Shown here: in pieces, positions 35,522-44,589 of the stretch
Numbering within the stretch: position 1 is the stretch's first letter
How the letters are laid out: each line of letters opens with the position of its first letter
DNA from: a virus
Virus record (IMG/VR): IMGVR_UViG_3300035701_000008
Location: 32,001-96,000 of that record
DNA: 64,000 bases
Reading direction: 5' to 3' (one strand)
Program-made: the position numbers and the translations under genes
The notes under the pieces: generated by a model
Databases searched by the model: none
Seen by the model: only the letters and a program-made list of their open reading frames with translations
What the model was told of the DNA's origin: nothing

Positions 35522-36586
35522 TTATCTTAAAAACCAACTTTTATTAACAACTGATTCATAATCTGCATCAGTCATATCTTTTTTCCTATTTAATTCCTTG
35601 AACATTCCTATTTGGCCAAAGAAACCAAGACCAATTCTTACATCATCTTCTCCATAGCTATTCTTGATTAGTCTTAAGCTTCTGAAATACTTAGCACCAT
35701 ATTGATCTTTTAGTTTATCTAGGTCATATCCACTAGGATCTGCCACTTTATATCTCATAGGATCAAATAAGGCCATTACAACATCAGCATCATTCTGTGT
35801 GCTAGAGCTATCTGCAAAATCTTCTAGTTGAGGTTCAACATCACCATTCTTTATCCTAGATGGATTAGAAATACTTCTGTTAAACTGAGAGACCACTACA
35901 GGACTATATCCATAGAAATCTCTAGCATATCTGAGTTCATCAGACATCTTATCAATAGCATCTTTCTTTGTAGGTTGAGCTGTTGTTGTTTTTAGAAGAC
36001 CAATGTGATCTACAACCACCATAGTGATTTGTGTTGGATCATTAGGAACATATATTTTGTTCCATTGGTCCATTTGTTCTATAGATCCATTATCAAGAGC
36101 ATAAGCTTTTAGTTCTTTAGCTATACCTACAGGATTCTCTGGACCATCTATGATGGTAACTATTTCACTAAGCTGATCTACATAATCTTTATAATATAAG
36201 AAAAGATCATGTTCATCTTTAGTCATCTTTTCATTCCAACCAAGAAGCTTACCTACAGGAATAATGATTCCCTGGTCTAGAAATATTTTACGAGATACCC
36301 ATTTAGCCATCTTGTATGTTCTACTTCTCTCCATAGATCTATACCACACCTTCACTTTAATCCCTGAAGCAATTCCTTCTTTAGAAAGAGCCCAATCAAC
36401 AGGATTAAGAACAAAAGCATCATCAATAAAGCTTGTCTTACCTGAACCAGTGTTACCACCTATCAAATAATACATACCCTTACGAATACCTACATATCTA
36501 GTCAAGCGATCAAAGCCCATTGGTATCCCTCTATTGAAGTCACCTAGACCTTTCTCAACTTCTGCATTTAATAGTTCAAAACTCAT
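35522..36586 (-). CDS. dnaB: DnaB-like replicative helicase
   Basis: GNTGSGKT, SME, VDHIGL, SQFNR, DADVV, KNSYG. Start MSFELL. Confidence 0.85.
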   Translation of the reverse strand: MSFELLNAEVEKGLGDFNRGIPMGFDRLTRYVGIRKGMYYLIGGNTGSGKTSFIDDAFVLNPVDWALSKEGIASGIKVKVWYRSMERSRTYKMAKWVSRKIFLDQGIIIPVGKLLGWNEKMTKDEHDLFLYYKDYVDQLSEIVTIIDGPENPVGIAKELKAYALDNGSIEQMDQWNKIYVPNDPTQITMVVVDHIGLLKTTTAQPTKKDAIDKMSDELRYARDFYGYSPVVVSQFNRSISNPSRIKNGDVEPQLEDFADSSSTQNDADVVMALFDPMRYKVADPSGYDLDKLKDQYGAKYFRSLRLIKNSYGEDDVRIGLGFFGQIGMFKELNRKKDMTDADYESVVNKSWFLR

Positions 36587-36704
36587 AGTTTTACTATTTT
36601 CCAGCCATACTTTGACCAATTTTTTAAATAAGCTCCATACGAACAATACGAAGTTTTATTCAATCTTCTCTCGTAGATTGTAATAATATCATTTTCTTTT
36701 GCTG

Positions 36705-36902
36705 TCATAATTTTTCTATTTCATTTTTAACTTCTTGCCAAAATGGTTTCATCACTTCGTAACAGTTTTCTGATATTTCTTTTACCGCTATTAAAGCAAA
36801 TTCTTTAGATATTTCATAGCCTACATGCCATAAAAGACTATCTTCTATTGGAACTTCTCTAAATTTAAGTATAAGTTCCTCTGCTTTTTGTTTACTATTC
36901 AT
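36705..36902 (-). CDS. Hypothetical protein
   Basis: KQKAEEL...ALIAVKEI...FWQEVKNEIEKL. Confidence 0.7.
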   Translation of the reverse strand: MNSKQKAEELILKFREVPIEDSLLWHVGYEISKEFALIAVKEISENCYEVMKPFWQEVKNEIEKL

Positions 36903-36905
36903 AAT

Positions 36906-37535
36906 CTATATATCTGTACCTCCTGTTGGTTTTTGTGGTGCTACATTCACTGTAGATCCATCATTAATTAATTCAATATAAGCTTCGAAAGCTCTTTGGT
37001 TTAGATAGGTGACACTGTTTTGCATGAATGTCATTCTATTACTATTGGTATCAACAGAACTTTCTTTCTTCTGCAAGAGTTCATATTCAAGAGCAGATAT
37101 GAGCTGTTGAGCTGTATATTCTCCTTCTAAAAGGATTTTATCAAACTTAAGTCTACATTCATCCTTACCCTTTCTAATAGCTCTGGTACCTTTAAATGTT
37201 TTACCCTTATACTCAAATCCATCAGTGCCTGGATAGTTCTTCCACCATTCTTCAAAATCTGTTGTGGCAGGCTTTCTCTTTATTAGTTTTCCTGTGCTTT
37301 TAGCATTCATGAATTCTAACAAATCTTTGCCTAATGTTGTGAGCTTTTCATCATTATTGGTTATCAATGCTTTTCTTATCAAAGACTGATAGACAGAACT
37401 AATTCTCATACTTCCCTCACATAGTGGAGAAACATCATATTGTTCTTCTATCAGCTTTAATAAGAATATTACATCTAAATTATAACCTCTCTTGATGAGC
37501 TCTTCGAACTGTTCTGGTGTTACTGTTAGCTTCAT
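36906..37535 (-). CDS. Putative replication initiator/helicase loader
   Basis: FEEWWKNYP...NSVTYLNQ, near the helicase. Confidence 0.5.
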   Translation of the reverse strand: MKLTVTPEQFEELIKRGYNLDVIFLLKLIEEQYDVSPLCEGSMRISSVYQSLIRKALITNNDEKLTTLGKDLLEFMNAKSTGKLIKRKPATTDFEEWWKNYPGTDGFEYKGKTFKGTRAIRKGKDECRLKFDKILLEGEYTAQQLISALEYELLQKKESSVDTNSNRMTFMQNSVTYLNQRAFEAYIELINDGSTVNVAPQKPTGGTDI

Positions 37536-37692
37536 CTGTTGTTATTGGTTTTACTATTTTAATAATTGCAGGAAGTCTATTCTTAGCTTCTTGCTTCTCT
37601 TCCCATTCATGCCATGAGTTAACAATATCTCGTTCTCTTTCCATAGCATAAATATGATCGTTGGGATATTCCCAGTCTTCATACCAATTCAT
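37480..37692 (-). CDS. Hypothetical protein
   Basis: 70 aa ORF. Confidence 0.55.
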   Translation of the reverse strand: MNWYEDWEYPNDHIYAMERERDIVNSWHEWEEKQEAKNRLPAIIKIVKPITTDEANSNTRTVRRAHQERL

Positions 37693-37934
37693 TATGAAAC
37701 AGTTTTTCTAGGTCTTCCAACAGGTCTTTTCTCAATATTTGCATATTCAGAAAGAGTTAGTTTTTTCTTTCTTTTAGGTTTTTGTTTAGTAAAAGAAGTG
37801 TATGTCACCTTTCTAGCTTCATGTTTTGGTTTAACTTCTTCTTCCTCTTTATTTTCATGTGCACTCTTAGCTGCAACATACAGCATTACAAGTGATATAA
37901 TGAAAATAGATCCAATAGCGATGTATAAATTCAT
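37692..37934 (-). CDS. Membrane-anchored protein with AT-hook-like tail
   Basis: N-terminal TM, C-terminal RPVGRPRK. Confidence 0.65.
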   Translation of the reverse strand: MNLYIAIGSIFIISLVMLYVAAKSAHENKEEEEVKPKHEARKVTYTSFTKQKPKRKKKLTLSEYANIEKRPVGRPRKTVS

Positions 37935-37939
37935 AATTT

Positions 37940-38197
37940 CTAAGATTTAATTCTTAAACCGAACTGTAAATCAAACCATCCAAATGTTTCTTCAGCTCTT
38001 GATTTGTTAAATTTAAATATTTTCTTTAATAGAGGCATAGCATATGCTTTAAATTCCTCATGTTGTTTTTGAGTCATGGTCCAATTGAAGTACCACATGT
38101 CATCATCTAGTGTGTCCACTAGTCTTTTACCTACCATATCAAGTTGATACTCGATGAGGTGTCTGGTAATGTTAGCTCTGTTCACTTTAGCTTTCAT
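37940..38197 (-). CDS. Hypothetical protein
   Basis: 85 aa ORF. Confidence 0.7.
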   Translation of the reverse strand: MKAKVNRANITRHLIEYQLDMVGKRLVDTLDDDMWYFNWTMTQKQHEEFKAYAMPLLKKIFKFNKSRAEETFGWFDLQFGLRIKS

Positions 38198-40164
38198 TAG
38201 AATAAATTTAATTGATTAGGTATAAACACTGTTTTAATTCTTTTTCCTTCAGTCTGAATCTTCAAGACTAATCTATTAGCTTTCTCAATGTAATAATCAT
38301 AATTTACATTATCAGTGCTACTGTTCTTAGGTAGAAAGTTACAAACTTTACACACCCATTCACCAGCTTCTATCTGACTGATTGCTGCAGCTCTGGTTTG
38401 ACATTCTGGATTTTTGATTTTGAATATCTTGTCTCCTTCATTAGATACATAATACCGTATGAGTTTATCATACACTGTTTTCTTACCAGTTGATCTATTA
38501 GTTCCTTCATAATGGAAACTTCTTGTAGCTTTTTGTCTTAAGCAAAAATCGTACAGATTAGTATGATTTCTGATAGTCTCATCAACAGGTACACCATCAA
38601 CAAAATAACGCTCAAGAGCAATAGGAACAATCCTCGCACTCTTGTTTTTATGTAACTCAAAATCTGTGAGGAAATCACCTTTCTTTTTAATTTCTCCATT
38701 GGTCATAATTGCTAAATAATCATTGACAGTACTAAATATAATCTTTGAGTAGTCTGTTCTCTCCAATTCATATTGTGTAATGTCACACCACCATGCATTG
38801 ATTTCATGCATCAAGGGAATCATGTCTTTTTTAATCCTGATAGTTACACCATCTGTATTTGCAGAGATCACATGTATGCCATTCAATTCATATCTTTCAA
38901 TAAGCATCATTAAGCTAAGTTCACCTGTAATTGTAGTGAACATAGTTAATTGCCTATCATATATCCATGATTGCATATCAGATGATTTACCATATACAGA
39001 GTTAACTGCAAGTTTAAGAGCACCAACAATTCCTTTAATCTTCTTATCTTTCTTTGCAAGAGGTTTAAGCTCCAATCTTTTCTCAAACATCTGTTTGTAT
39101 CCCCTAAGGAATTCTTTGCCTAAATGAGCAGGAAACTTACCATTATTGATGATGATGGCAGGATAGTAAGAACTGACATCCCAATCTATTATCTCGTACT
39201 CTTCATCAGCTTCAAACACCTTAGGTGTATTCTCTGTATGAAGACCACCTTTCATAAAAGAATACACATTTCCATAGAAATCTATATGCTCTTTGAAATC
39301 ATCTTGCAGACCAAGCTGCATTTTATTAATTTTCTTTAAGAACTCTTTAAGTTGAGGTGTTTGGAACATTACATATTTAGCAATGCAATTCTTTACATCA
39401 ATGCTTTTTCTGAAATATCCTTTCTTAGGAAGTTCTCTGTATGTAATTCCTTTCTCTGAACAATAATACTTCTTAATCATTTCATCCCCTATCTTAGAGT
39501 CTGAATAGTTCATACAAGGGATACCAAATTCAGCTTCAATATCTTGTCTCAGCTCTATTTGATTATTCCCTTTATACAGTGGATGATCTGTATCACCCAT
39601 AGTTATCTTGTAGAATTCATAAGTTGCATCTACATCATTATAACAATAGTCAATGGTCATTTCCACTTCTTCTTTTGTCATATTAGTTTTGGTATGATGT
39701 ATAGGCATTTCTTCTATATTCTCAAGATCCATTTCAAACTCTAGTCTCTTCAGACTCACCATTCGATTTTTATTGTTGTAATGATGAATAGTAAAAAGAT
39801 CTAATTGCTTAAGAGATAATTCATGCTCTCTGTATTCAGGAAATACATCATAGTTAGCATCATGAATAACATCTGCAGCTTTCTGTGCTATTTTTGCACA
39901 TATTTCTAAGTTAGTTAGTTCATGCCAATTGTCATGATTTCTAAAGATCCACTCAACAACTTGACTATCAAAGCGTAGATTATTATACCCCACCCAATAA
40001 GCATCAGAATTGTCTTCTGTATATCTAACAAAAGCATCAAGTTGATTCTTCCATTTAGACACTTGAAAGCTCTTACCAGCTTTACCAGGTACCATACATA
40101 CAACTAAGAATAGTTCTTGCATGGTTTCTATGTCGTAACATATAATAGGCTCACATGTTTTCAT
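38197..40164 (-). CDS. polB: Family B DNA polymerase
   Basis: Exonuclease YDIET, YNNLRFD, YCYND. Polymerase DVSSYYP, KLAVNSVYG, NTDG. Confidence 0.95.
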   Translation of the reverse strand: MKTCEPIICYDIETMQELFLVVCMVPGKAGKSFQVSKWKNQLDAFVRYTEDNSDAYWVGYNNLRFDSQVVEWIFRNHDNWHELTNLEICAKIAQKAADVIHDANYDVFPEYREHELSLKQLDLFTIHHYNNKNRMVSLKRLEFEMDLENIEEMPIHHTKTNMTKEEVEMTIDYCYNDVDATYEFYKITMGDTDHPLYKGNNQIELRQDIEAEFGIPCMNYSDSKIGDEMIKKYYCSEKGITYRELPKKGYFRKSIDVKNCIAKYVMFQTPQLKEFLKKINKMQLGLQDDFKEHIDFYGNVYSFMKGGLHTENTPKVFEADEEYEIIDWDVSSYYPAIIINNGKFPAHLGKEFLRGYKQMFEKRLELKPLAKKDKKIKGIVGALKLAVNSVYGKSSDMQSWIYDRQLTMFTTITGELSLMMLIERYELNGIHVISANTDGVTIRIKKDMIPLMHEINAWWCDITQYELERTDYSKIIFSTVNDYLAIMTNGEIKKKGDFLTDFELHKNKSARIVPIALERYFVDGVPVDETIRNHTNLYDFCLRQKATRSFHYEGTNRSTGKKTVYDKLIRYYVSNEGDKIFKIKNPECQTRAAAISQIEAGEWVCKVCNFLPKNSSTDNVNYDYYIEKANRLVLKIQTEGKRIKTVFIPNQLNLF

Positions 40165-40169
40165 AGTTT

Positions 40170-40502
40170 TTAAACTTTTTTAATAAACTCAATAACTTTT
40201 TCACACATTTTAGATGCAGAATAATCTCTATGTTCTGTTATTTCTGAATAAAGAAAATCTAATATTCGATCTTGTTCTGATCTAATTCCTTGATTGAGTA
40301 CATCAATTGATGATGTTGAAAGTGCATTAAGAAGGATCTTTTCCATATGATTACTTTTTTTTTCTTCCCATTTAGCACCATCTATAAAATGTTCTTCACA
40401 TTCTTTTAATACAATTTCCCAATCATCTCCTTCAAAGTCATCATATGGATAACTTTCAATTGCATATTCTTTAGCAACTTTTTCAATTGTTTTTTGTCTC
40501 AT
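40170..40502 (-). CDS. Hypothetical protein
   Basis: TIEKVAKEY...FIDGAKW module. Confidence 0.7.
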   Translation of the reverse strand: MRQKTIEKVAKEYAIESYPYDDFEGDDWEIVLKECEEHFIDGAKWEEKKSNHMEKILLNALSTSSIDVLNQGIRSEQDRILDFLYSEITEHRDYSASKMCEKVIEFIKKV

Positions 40503-40699
40503 TATTTATTTGTTTTTTTTTTATGTTCTTTCCAATCTAATATAAATCCTATTGCTACAATGATATTCATACCAAATGAGGCTATGATTTCTGTTATGTC
40601 TTCATAGATGTTAATAGATAGGTGGATATGTCCTACAACCCAAAAGGGCATAGCAAGATTATTCGATATCCACCTAACTAAATAATTTATAAACTTCAT
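40502..40699 (-). CDS. Small membrane protein
   Basis: Two hydrophobic segments. ATG lies 6 nt after the -7 element, so it may be leaderless. Confidence 0.6.
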   Translation of the reverse strand: MKFINYLVRWISNNLAMPFWVVGHIHLSINIYEDITEIIASFGMNIIVAIGFILDWKEHKKKTNK

Positions 40700-40705
40700 A
40701 GTTTG

Positions 40706-40713
40706 CAAAGATA
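40706..40713 (-). promoter_or_regulatory. Bacteroidota -7 promoter TATCTTTG
   Basis: Consensus match within the inverted repeat 40703-40735. Confidence 0.65.
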
Positions 40714-40743
40714 ATTAAAAATATTATTCTTGCAATAACAAAA

Positions 40744-41211
40744 TTAGTTATTGTAATAATATCTTACATGGTCTGGATATATCACCACTCTGCTTGGTGT
40801 TCCAGTGAATGATATAGATGATACAGGCACCTCAATACCTATTTCTGCAGGTTGTTGTGGTGCTTCATCCCATATTTTTGAGAATTCTTCCACTGTTAGT
40901 TCTTCTTTACCAACAATTTCTTCACATATATCTTTAAGAACAACTTCTTCTTTTTCATTAAGAGTCCATTCTAATGGAAGTTGTGAAGCCATAGTTGGTT
41001 TTAATCTTGGTTTATAAGTTCTTCTTTTTGGACCATTATAACCATTCTTAATCTTTCTTGTCATTTTAGAAATCTTCCAAATTTTTGCATAAATCCCTGC
41101 AATAGGTCTATTCCATTGTTTAGATAAATCATCTGCAATAATAGAAAGAGGAATTCCTTTTCTGATGTGTTGTTTAATCTCACTAATTTCTTTTGTTGTG
41201 TACAGTTTCAT
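40744..41211 (-). CDS. Hypothetical protein, HTH-like N-terminus
   Basis: 155 aa ORF. Confidence 0.65.
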   Translation of the reverse strand: MKLYTTKEISEIKQHIRKGIPLSIIADDLSKQWNRPIAGIYAKIWKISKMTRKIKNGYNGPKRRTYKPRLKPTMASQLPLEWTLNEKEEVVLKDICEEIVGKEELTVEEFSKIWDEAPQQPAEIGIEVPVSSISFTGTPSRVVIYPDHVRYYYNN

Positions 41212-41236
41212 AATTTTAAAATTTAATTGTTTATAT

Positions 41237-41662
41237 TTATTCTTGTTCTAATTCATCATCAATAAGAGATAGCACTATTCTACCATCATATGTAACTATT
41301 GTAAATTCATCATCATCATCGTCTTTTATTTCAATATCAACATAACCATCAAGTTCTCTTAATATGTAATTGATATCATCCAATGTGATGTCTCTAAGTT
41401 CATCTGATTCAGGTCCATCATCCCACCAAGCTATTTCATCATGTTCAGCAAGCACATCATCATCTTCATCAATGATTGCTAACCTCACAGGAGCTCCATG
41501 TTTAGACATAAATGCATCAGAGTCTTCTGGTATCTCTTCAAGCTCAAAGAGCTCTATATAAGGCTCTATTACACCAACAGATATTCTGTTAATAAAAAGC
41601 ATACCTTCCTCTAATTCAAGAGGAAGATAGCTTGTAAATGATATTTCAGCTGGATACCACAT
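41237..41662 (-). CDS. Acidic hypothetical protein
   Basis: 141 aa, D/E-rich. Confidence 0.7.
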   Translation of the reverse strand: MWYPAEISFTSYLPLELEEGMLFINRISVGVIEPYIELFELEEIPEDSDAFMSKHGAPVRLAIIDEDDDVLAEHDEIAWWDDGPESDELRDITLDDINYILRELDGYVDIEIKDDDDDEFTIVTYDGRIVLSLIDDELEQE

Positions 41663-42018
41663 TAGAATAGTTTTCTAGGTGCTGGTTCACATATTTGGTA
41701 TGTAGAGTTAGAGCTAGATAGTCTTAATAGAATATGAAGATGTTCAGCTTCTAGATAGTCTAGTTTAGTTTTTTCTATTAAACCAATAATTTCTATACCA
41801 TTACCTGTGTCCACTAATTGCATAGCAATAGCTTTCTTCATTTTATCATCCCATCCATCATCATCACTAAAATATAATGTATGAACTGTTGCATTTGGTG
41901 CAGCACTGAGTTTGTGATAATCATATTCATGAACATTATTAATGTAGATTTCTTCTCTGTATAACACCTCACTTGTGTTATCAATCATTTCTTGTATTGA
42001 TTTTGCTAGTTTTCCCAT
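41662..42018 (-). CDS. Hypothetical protein
   Basis: 118 aa ORF. Confidence 0.7.
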   Translation of the reverse strand: MGKLAKSIQEMIDNTSEVLYREEIYINNVHEYDYHKLSAAPNATVHTLYFSDDDGWDDKMKKAIAMQLVDTGNGIEIIGLIEKTKLDYLEAEHLHILLRLSSSNSTYQICEPAPRKLF

Positions 42019-42019
42019 A

Positions 42020-42142
42020 TTAGTTATTGTTTACAGGTTTAGGTGTACATACATGACCATCACTCCATTTGATTCCTGGAGGTGGTGTTGTTTCTGGTGA
42101 GCTGTATTTACAACCACACTCACTACATATAAATTTATTCAT
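42020..42142 (-). CDS. Mini Zn-ribbon protein (40 aa)
   Basis: Not in track. MNKFICSECG...GHVC. Confidence 0.5.
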   Translation of the reverse strand: MNKFICSECGCKYSSPETTPPPGIKWSDGHVCTPKPVNNN

Positions 42143-42443
42143 CAGATGATTTGTTTACAAGGTTTAACGCTTTTTGATGTCCTTCTACAGCATCTTCATA
42201 AGATGTGTATCTATCCATATATTGATCATGTTCTCCACCAAATATCATAGTTTCCCATAATAGAGGAATATTATTATCTCTTGGCCAAGCATGATCTAAT
42301 CCAAGAAACACTGTTGATATAAATACATCACCAACATTATCTTGTTTAACCACTCTTTTTTCTTGATTCTCTTCTAACCAATCACCACAATCAACAACAG
42401 GTGATTGTACAGGTTTGTTGTTCTCGTCTAATATATACCACAT
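42135..42443 (-). CDS. Conserved phage protein
   Basis: ISTVFLGLDH...WETMIFGG...RYTS..A..GH. Confidence 0.75.
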   Translation of the reverse strand: MWYILDENNKPVQSPVVDCGDWLEENQEKRVVKQDNVGDVFISTVFLGLDHAWPRDNNIPLLWETMIFGGEHDQYMDRYTSYEDAVEGHQKALNLVNKSSDE

Positions 42444-42445
42444 AA

Positions 42446-42751
42446 TTATTGAAATAAACTTGCAGGTGCTCCTACGTTATACATTAACATTAAATAAAAT
42501 CTTATACAATGGACATTTATATCATCAGCTCTGCTGTATGATTCACTTAAATTGTTATCCACTATAGCTTGAGCAAAATGCCCACCTGGACAACCTACAT
42601 CCCATTTAGTGCATAATACACTAGTTCCAATATCAATAATGTGTTCTTTTTCAAGCAACATTAATGCTTGTGGAATATACTTATTTGCATTTTTGTTGAA
42701 ATAGTCAGAAACCAATGTTCTGACTATTTTTTGTTGTTCTTCTGGATTCAT
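42446..42751 (-). CDS. Hypothetical protein
   Basis: PGGHFAQAIVDNNL...RAD motif. Confidence 0.7.
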   Translation of the reverse strand: MNPEEQQKIVRTLVSDYFNKNANKYIPQALMLLEKEHIIDIGTSVLCTKWDVGCPGGHFAQAIVDNNLSESYSRADDINVHCIRFYLMLMYNVGAPASLFQ

Positions 42752-42782
42752 ATTTGTTTTGTTAAATTTTTATATTTTATGA

Positions 42783-43088
42783 TTAATAGCCTGCAAGTTT
42801 AGATATTGCACCTTCTTGATTCAATAAGAATACAAGATTACTTTCTTCTTTTGGTGTGAGAGACTTAATAGCAGACATAAGTGATATTCTACTATATGTA
42901 ACATCTTCTCCATACACATTTGTAACATTATCTGCTATTTCTAGCAGCTCTGATACATTAAAATTGTTTACAGGATCACCATTGTTGTCCTGCCATTTTC
43001 CGTTGATAATTTGCATGTTTTCTTTATTTTTTAGTCTATACTTGAATAATATTTCCTTCTGTATTGTGAACTCTTGCACGTTGTGCAA
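42783..43088 (-). CDS. Hypothetical protein
   Basis: ORF with uncertain start, possibly MQIINGKW. Confidence 0.6.
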   Translation of the reverse strand: MHNVQEFTIQKEILFKYRLKNKENMQIINGKWQDNNGDPVNNFNVSELLEIADNVTNVYGEDVTYSRISLMSAIKSLTPKEESNLVFLLNQEGAISKLAGY

Positions 43089-43145
43089 CTGCTCACTAAA
43101 ATTGATAATATTAATATTACCAATAGAGTTTTGTTTTTCTTCATT

Positions 43146-43418
43146 TTATTTGTTTTTAAATAGTTGTAAAGTTTCTTTTAATAAATCTAATTGTTCAATA
43201 TTAGTATTACCAAATTTATATTGCTGAATAATAGTTTGTGTAAAGTTCAATACTTCTTCCTCACTATAACCTTGTTGTTCCTTTTCTAATTCTTTGACTT
43301 GTTCAAGAATATTATTTCTTTTAACCCAATAGTTTGCTCTATTAATTAACATAGAATCAAATTCTATGTCTAAATTAAGTAATTGTTCTGATAACCATTC
43401 TACTGCTGTTTGTTTCAT
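43146..43418 (-). CDS. Hypothetical protein (MKQTAVEWL type)
   Basis: Start at 43418. Shares YSEEEVLN...FKNK with the upstream gene. Confidence 0.65.
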   Translation of the reverse strand: MKQTAVEWLSEQLLNLDIEFDSMLINRANYWVKRNNILEQVKELEKEQQGYSEEEVLNFTQTIIQQYKFGNTNIEQLDLLKETLQLFKNK

Positions 43419-43419
43419 T

Positions 43420-43713
43420 TTATTTGTTTTTAAATTGTTCAAACCATTTTTTAGCTTGTGTTACACTTCCATCACAATCAGCTATTATATTTAACACTTC
43501 TTCCTCACTATAACTTCTTTCTTGTTGAGCTAACCAATAACCATCAATAAAACATTTTTTATACATCCATTTATTTTCAGAGTATGGTGCTATGTTTTCT
43601 TGAATATAATTTTCAGCAACTTCTTCAAGAGTTGTTTCTTGTTTAGATACTAAAGCAGTACTACCTCTTGTAACAGGGTTGTTTTGGTCTATTTGTTTAA
43701 TTGTTTCTTTCAT
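43420..43713 (-). CDS. Hypothetical protein
   Basis: TLEEVAE...FIDGYW and YSEEEVLN...FKNK modules. Confidence 0.65.
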   Translation of the reverse strand: MKETIKQIDQNNPVTRGSTALVSKQETTLEEVAENYIQENIAPYSENKWMYKKCFIDGYWLAQQERSYSEEEVLNIIADCDGSVTQAKKWFEQFKNK

Positions 43714-43715
43714 AT

Positions 43716-43790
43716 TATAATGTGATTTTATAGTTAAATTGTCAGGATAAACCTGATATATAGTATATAAATGATACTATAATGTGATTT
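43716..43790. repeat. 13-bp direct repeat flanking two palindromes
   Basis: tataatgtgattt at 43716 and 43778, enclosing tcagg..cctga and atagtat..atactat. Confidence 0.55.
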
Positions 43791-43792
43791 AT

Positions 43793-43823
43793 AAAAGAAT
43801 AAGGGCTCCACAACAGAGCCCTT
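43793..43823 (-). terminator. Intrinsic terminator
   Basis: AAGGGCTC/GAGCCCTT stem with U-rich tail. Confidence 0.75.
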
Positions 43824-43835
43824 CAATTCCCCTCC

Positions 43836-43982
43836 TTAATAACCCAACTGTTGTAGTTGGTCTATATTGGCTTCTACAATATACACACTTTGTGCTATTG
43901 TACATGTAAATGCAATTGACATTGCAAATGCTAATTTTCTGAAATGCCAGAAATCTACTGGACTTAAACTGATTGTTTTCAT
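43836..43982 (-). CDS. Small hydrophobic protein (48 aa)
   Basis: Not in track. MKTISLSPVDFWHFRKLAFAMSIAFTCTIAQSVYIVEANIDQLQQLGY, lying between two terminators. Confidence 0.6.
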   Translation of the reverse strand: MKTISLSPVDFWHFRKLAFAMSIAFTCTIAQSVYIVEANIDQLQQLGY

Positions 43983-44012
43983 TGTTATTTAGTTATTAAG
44001 GAATTACAAAAT

Positions 44013-44041
44013 AAAAAAGCCTCTAGGCAAGTAGAGGCTTT
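44013..44041 (-). terminator. Intrinsic terminator ending the ncRNA block
   Basis: AAAGCCTCTA..TAGAGGCTTT hairpin followed by U6. Confidence 0.85.
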
Positions 44042-44045
44042 AGTC

Positions 44046-44226
44046 GAGAGTTTATTCATTGCAACTCACAAGTGTTCCCTATCCACAGAGACCATAGATT
44101 ACAAGTTTAATGTGGATGTAATACCACGATTATTGAGATTGGCACTAGTAAAACCCAAACCATAAAGTACTCAACTCCTTCTCTGCGTGGAAAGGACTTA
44201 ACATTCATGAGAAGCCAAATTTCTCT
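44046..44226 (-). ncRNA. About 180-nt rod-shaped structured RNA, 6S-like candidate
   Basis: Nested long-range pairings with a central open region, no ORF, located between tmRNA and a terminator. Confidence 0.5.
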
Positions 44227-44267
44227 AATGTCTGTTGCTGTACATATTTGACATCAAGCAACTGCTG

Positions 44268-44589
44268 TGGAGGTGGGGAGAGTCGAACTCCCGTCCAAAC
44301 TACTTTCATTAATACAATTTATACAGCTTATGGGGTCAAGCTCAGCTCAACGATTCCACCACTCTGTTTAATCTTACTACAGAGAAGAATAATTAATTTA
44401 GGCTGCTACAGCAACTTCTTCTCTAATTAAAGAGAATACTCTGTTCATGTTAGCTACTACTTGTGCGTTATCTCCTAGAGACACTACACGACTTGTGTTT
44501 TTGCCATTTAATCTATTCACCTTAGTTTACAGTTATCTCTCTGGCTGATTGTACTAACTATTGGTAACCTGTCAAATCCAGTCACCCCC
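44268..44589 (-). ncRNA. ssrA: tmRNA
   Basis: 5' GGGGGUGACUGGAUUUGAC. Acceptor stem with G3-U wobble pairs to CACCUCC-A. T-arm GGGAG-UUCGACU-CUCCC. Tag frame 44505-44398 ends VAVAA*. Confidence 0.93.

Noticed and set aside
44226-44262. HDV-like (theta) ribozyme after the tmRNA 3' end
   Set aside because: Two interleaved pairings exist (GUUGCU/AGCAAC and UGAUGUC/GACAUUA), but there is no P3/L3 or J4/2 consensus and the linkers are too short for both stems to form.
44248-44430. 60-aa plus-strand ORF, and a 57-aa minus-strand ORF running into the tmRNA 5' end
   Set aside because: Both overlap a well-formed tmRNA and are probably shadows.
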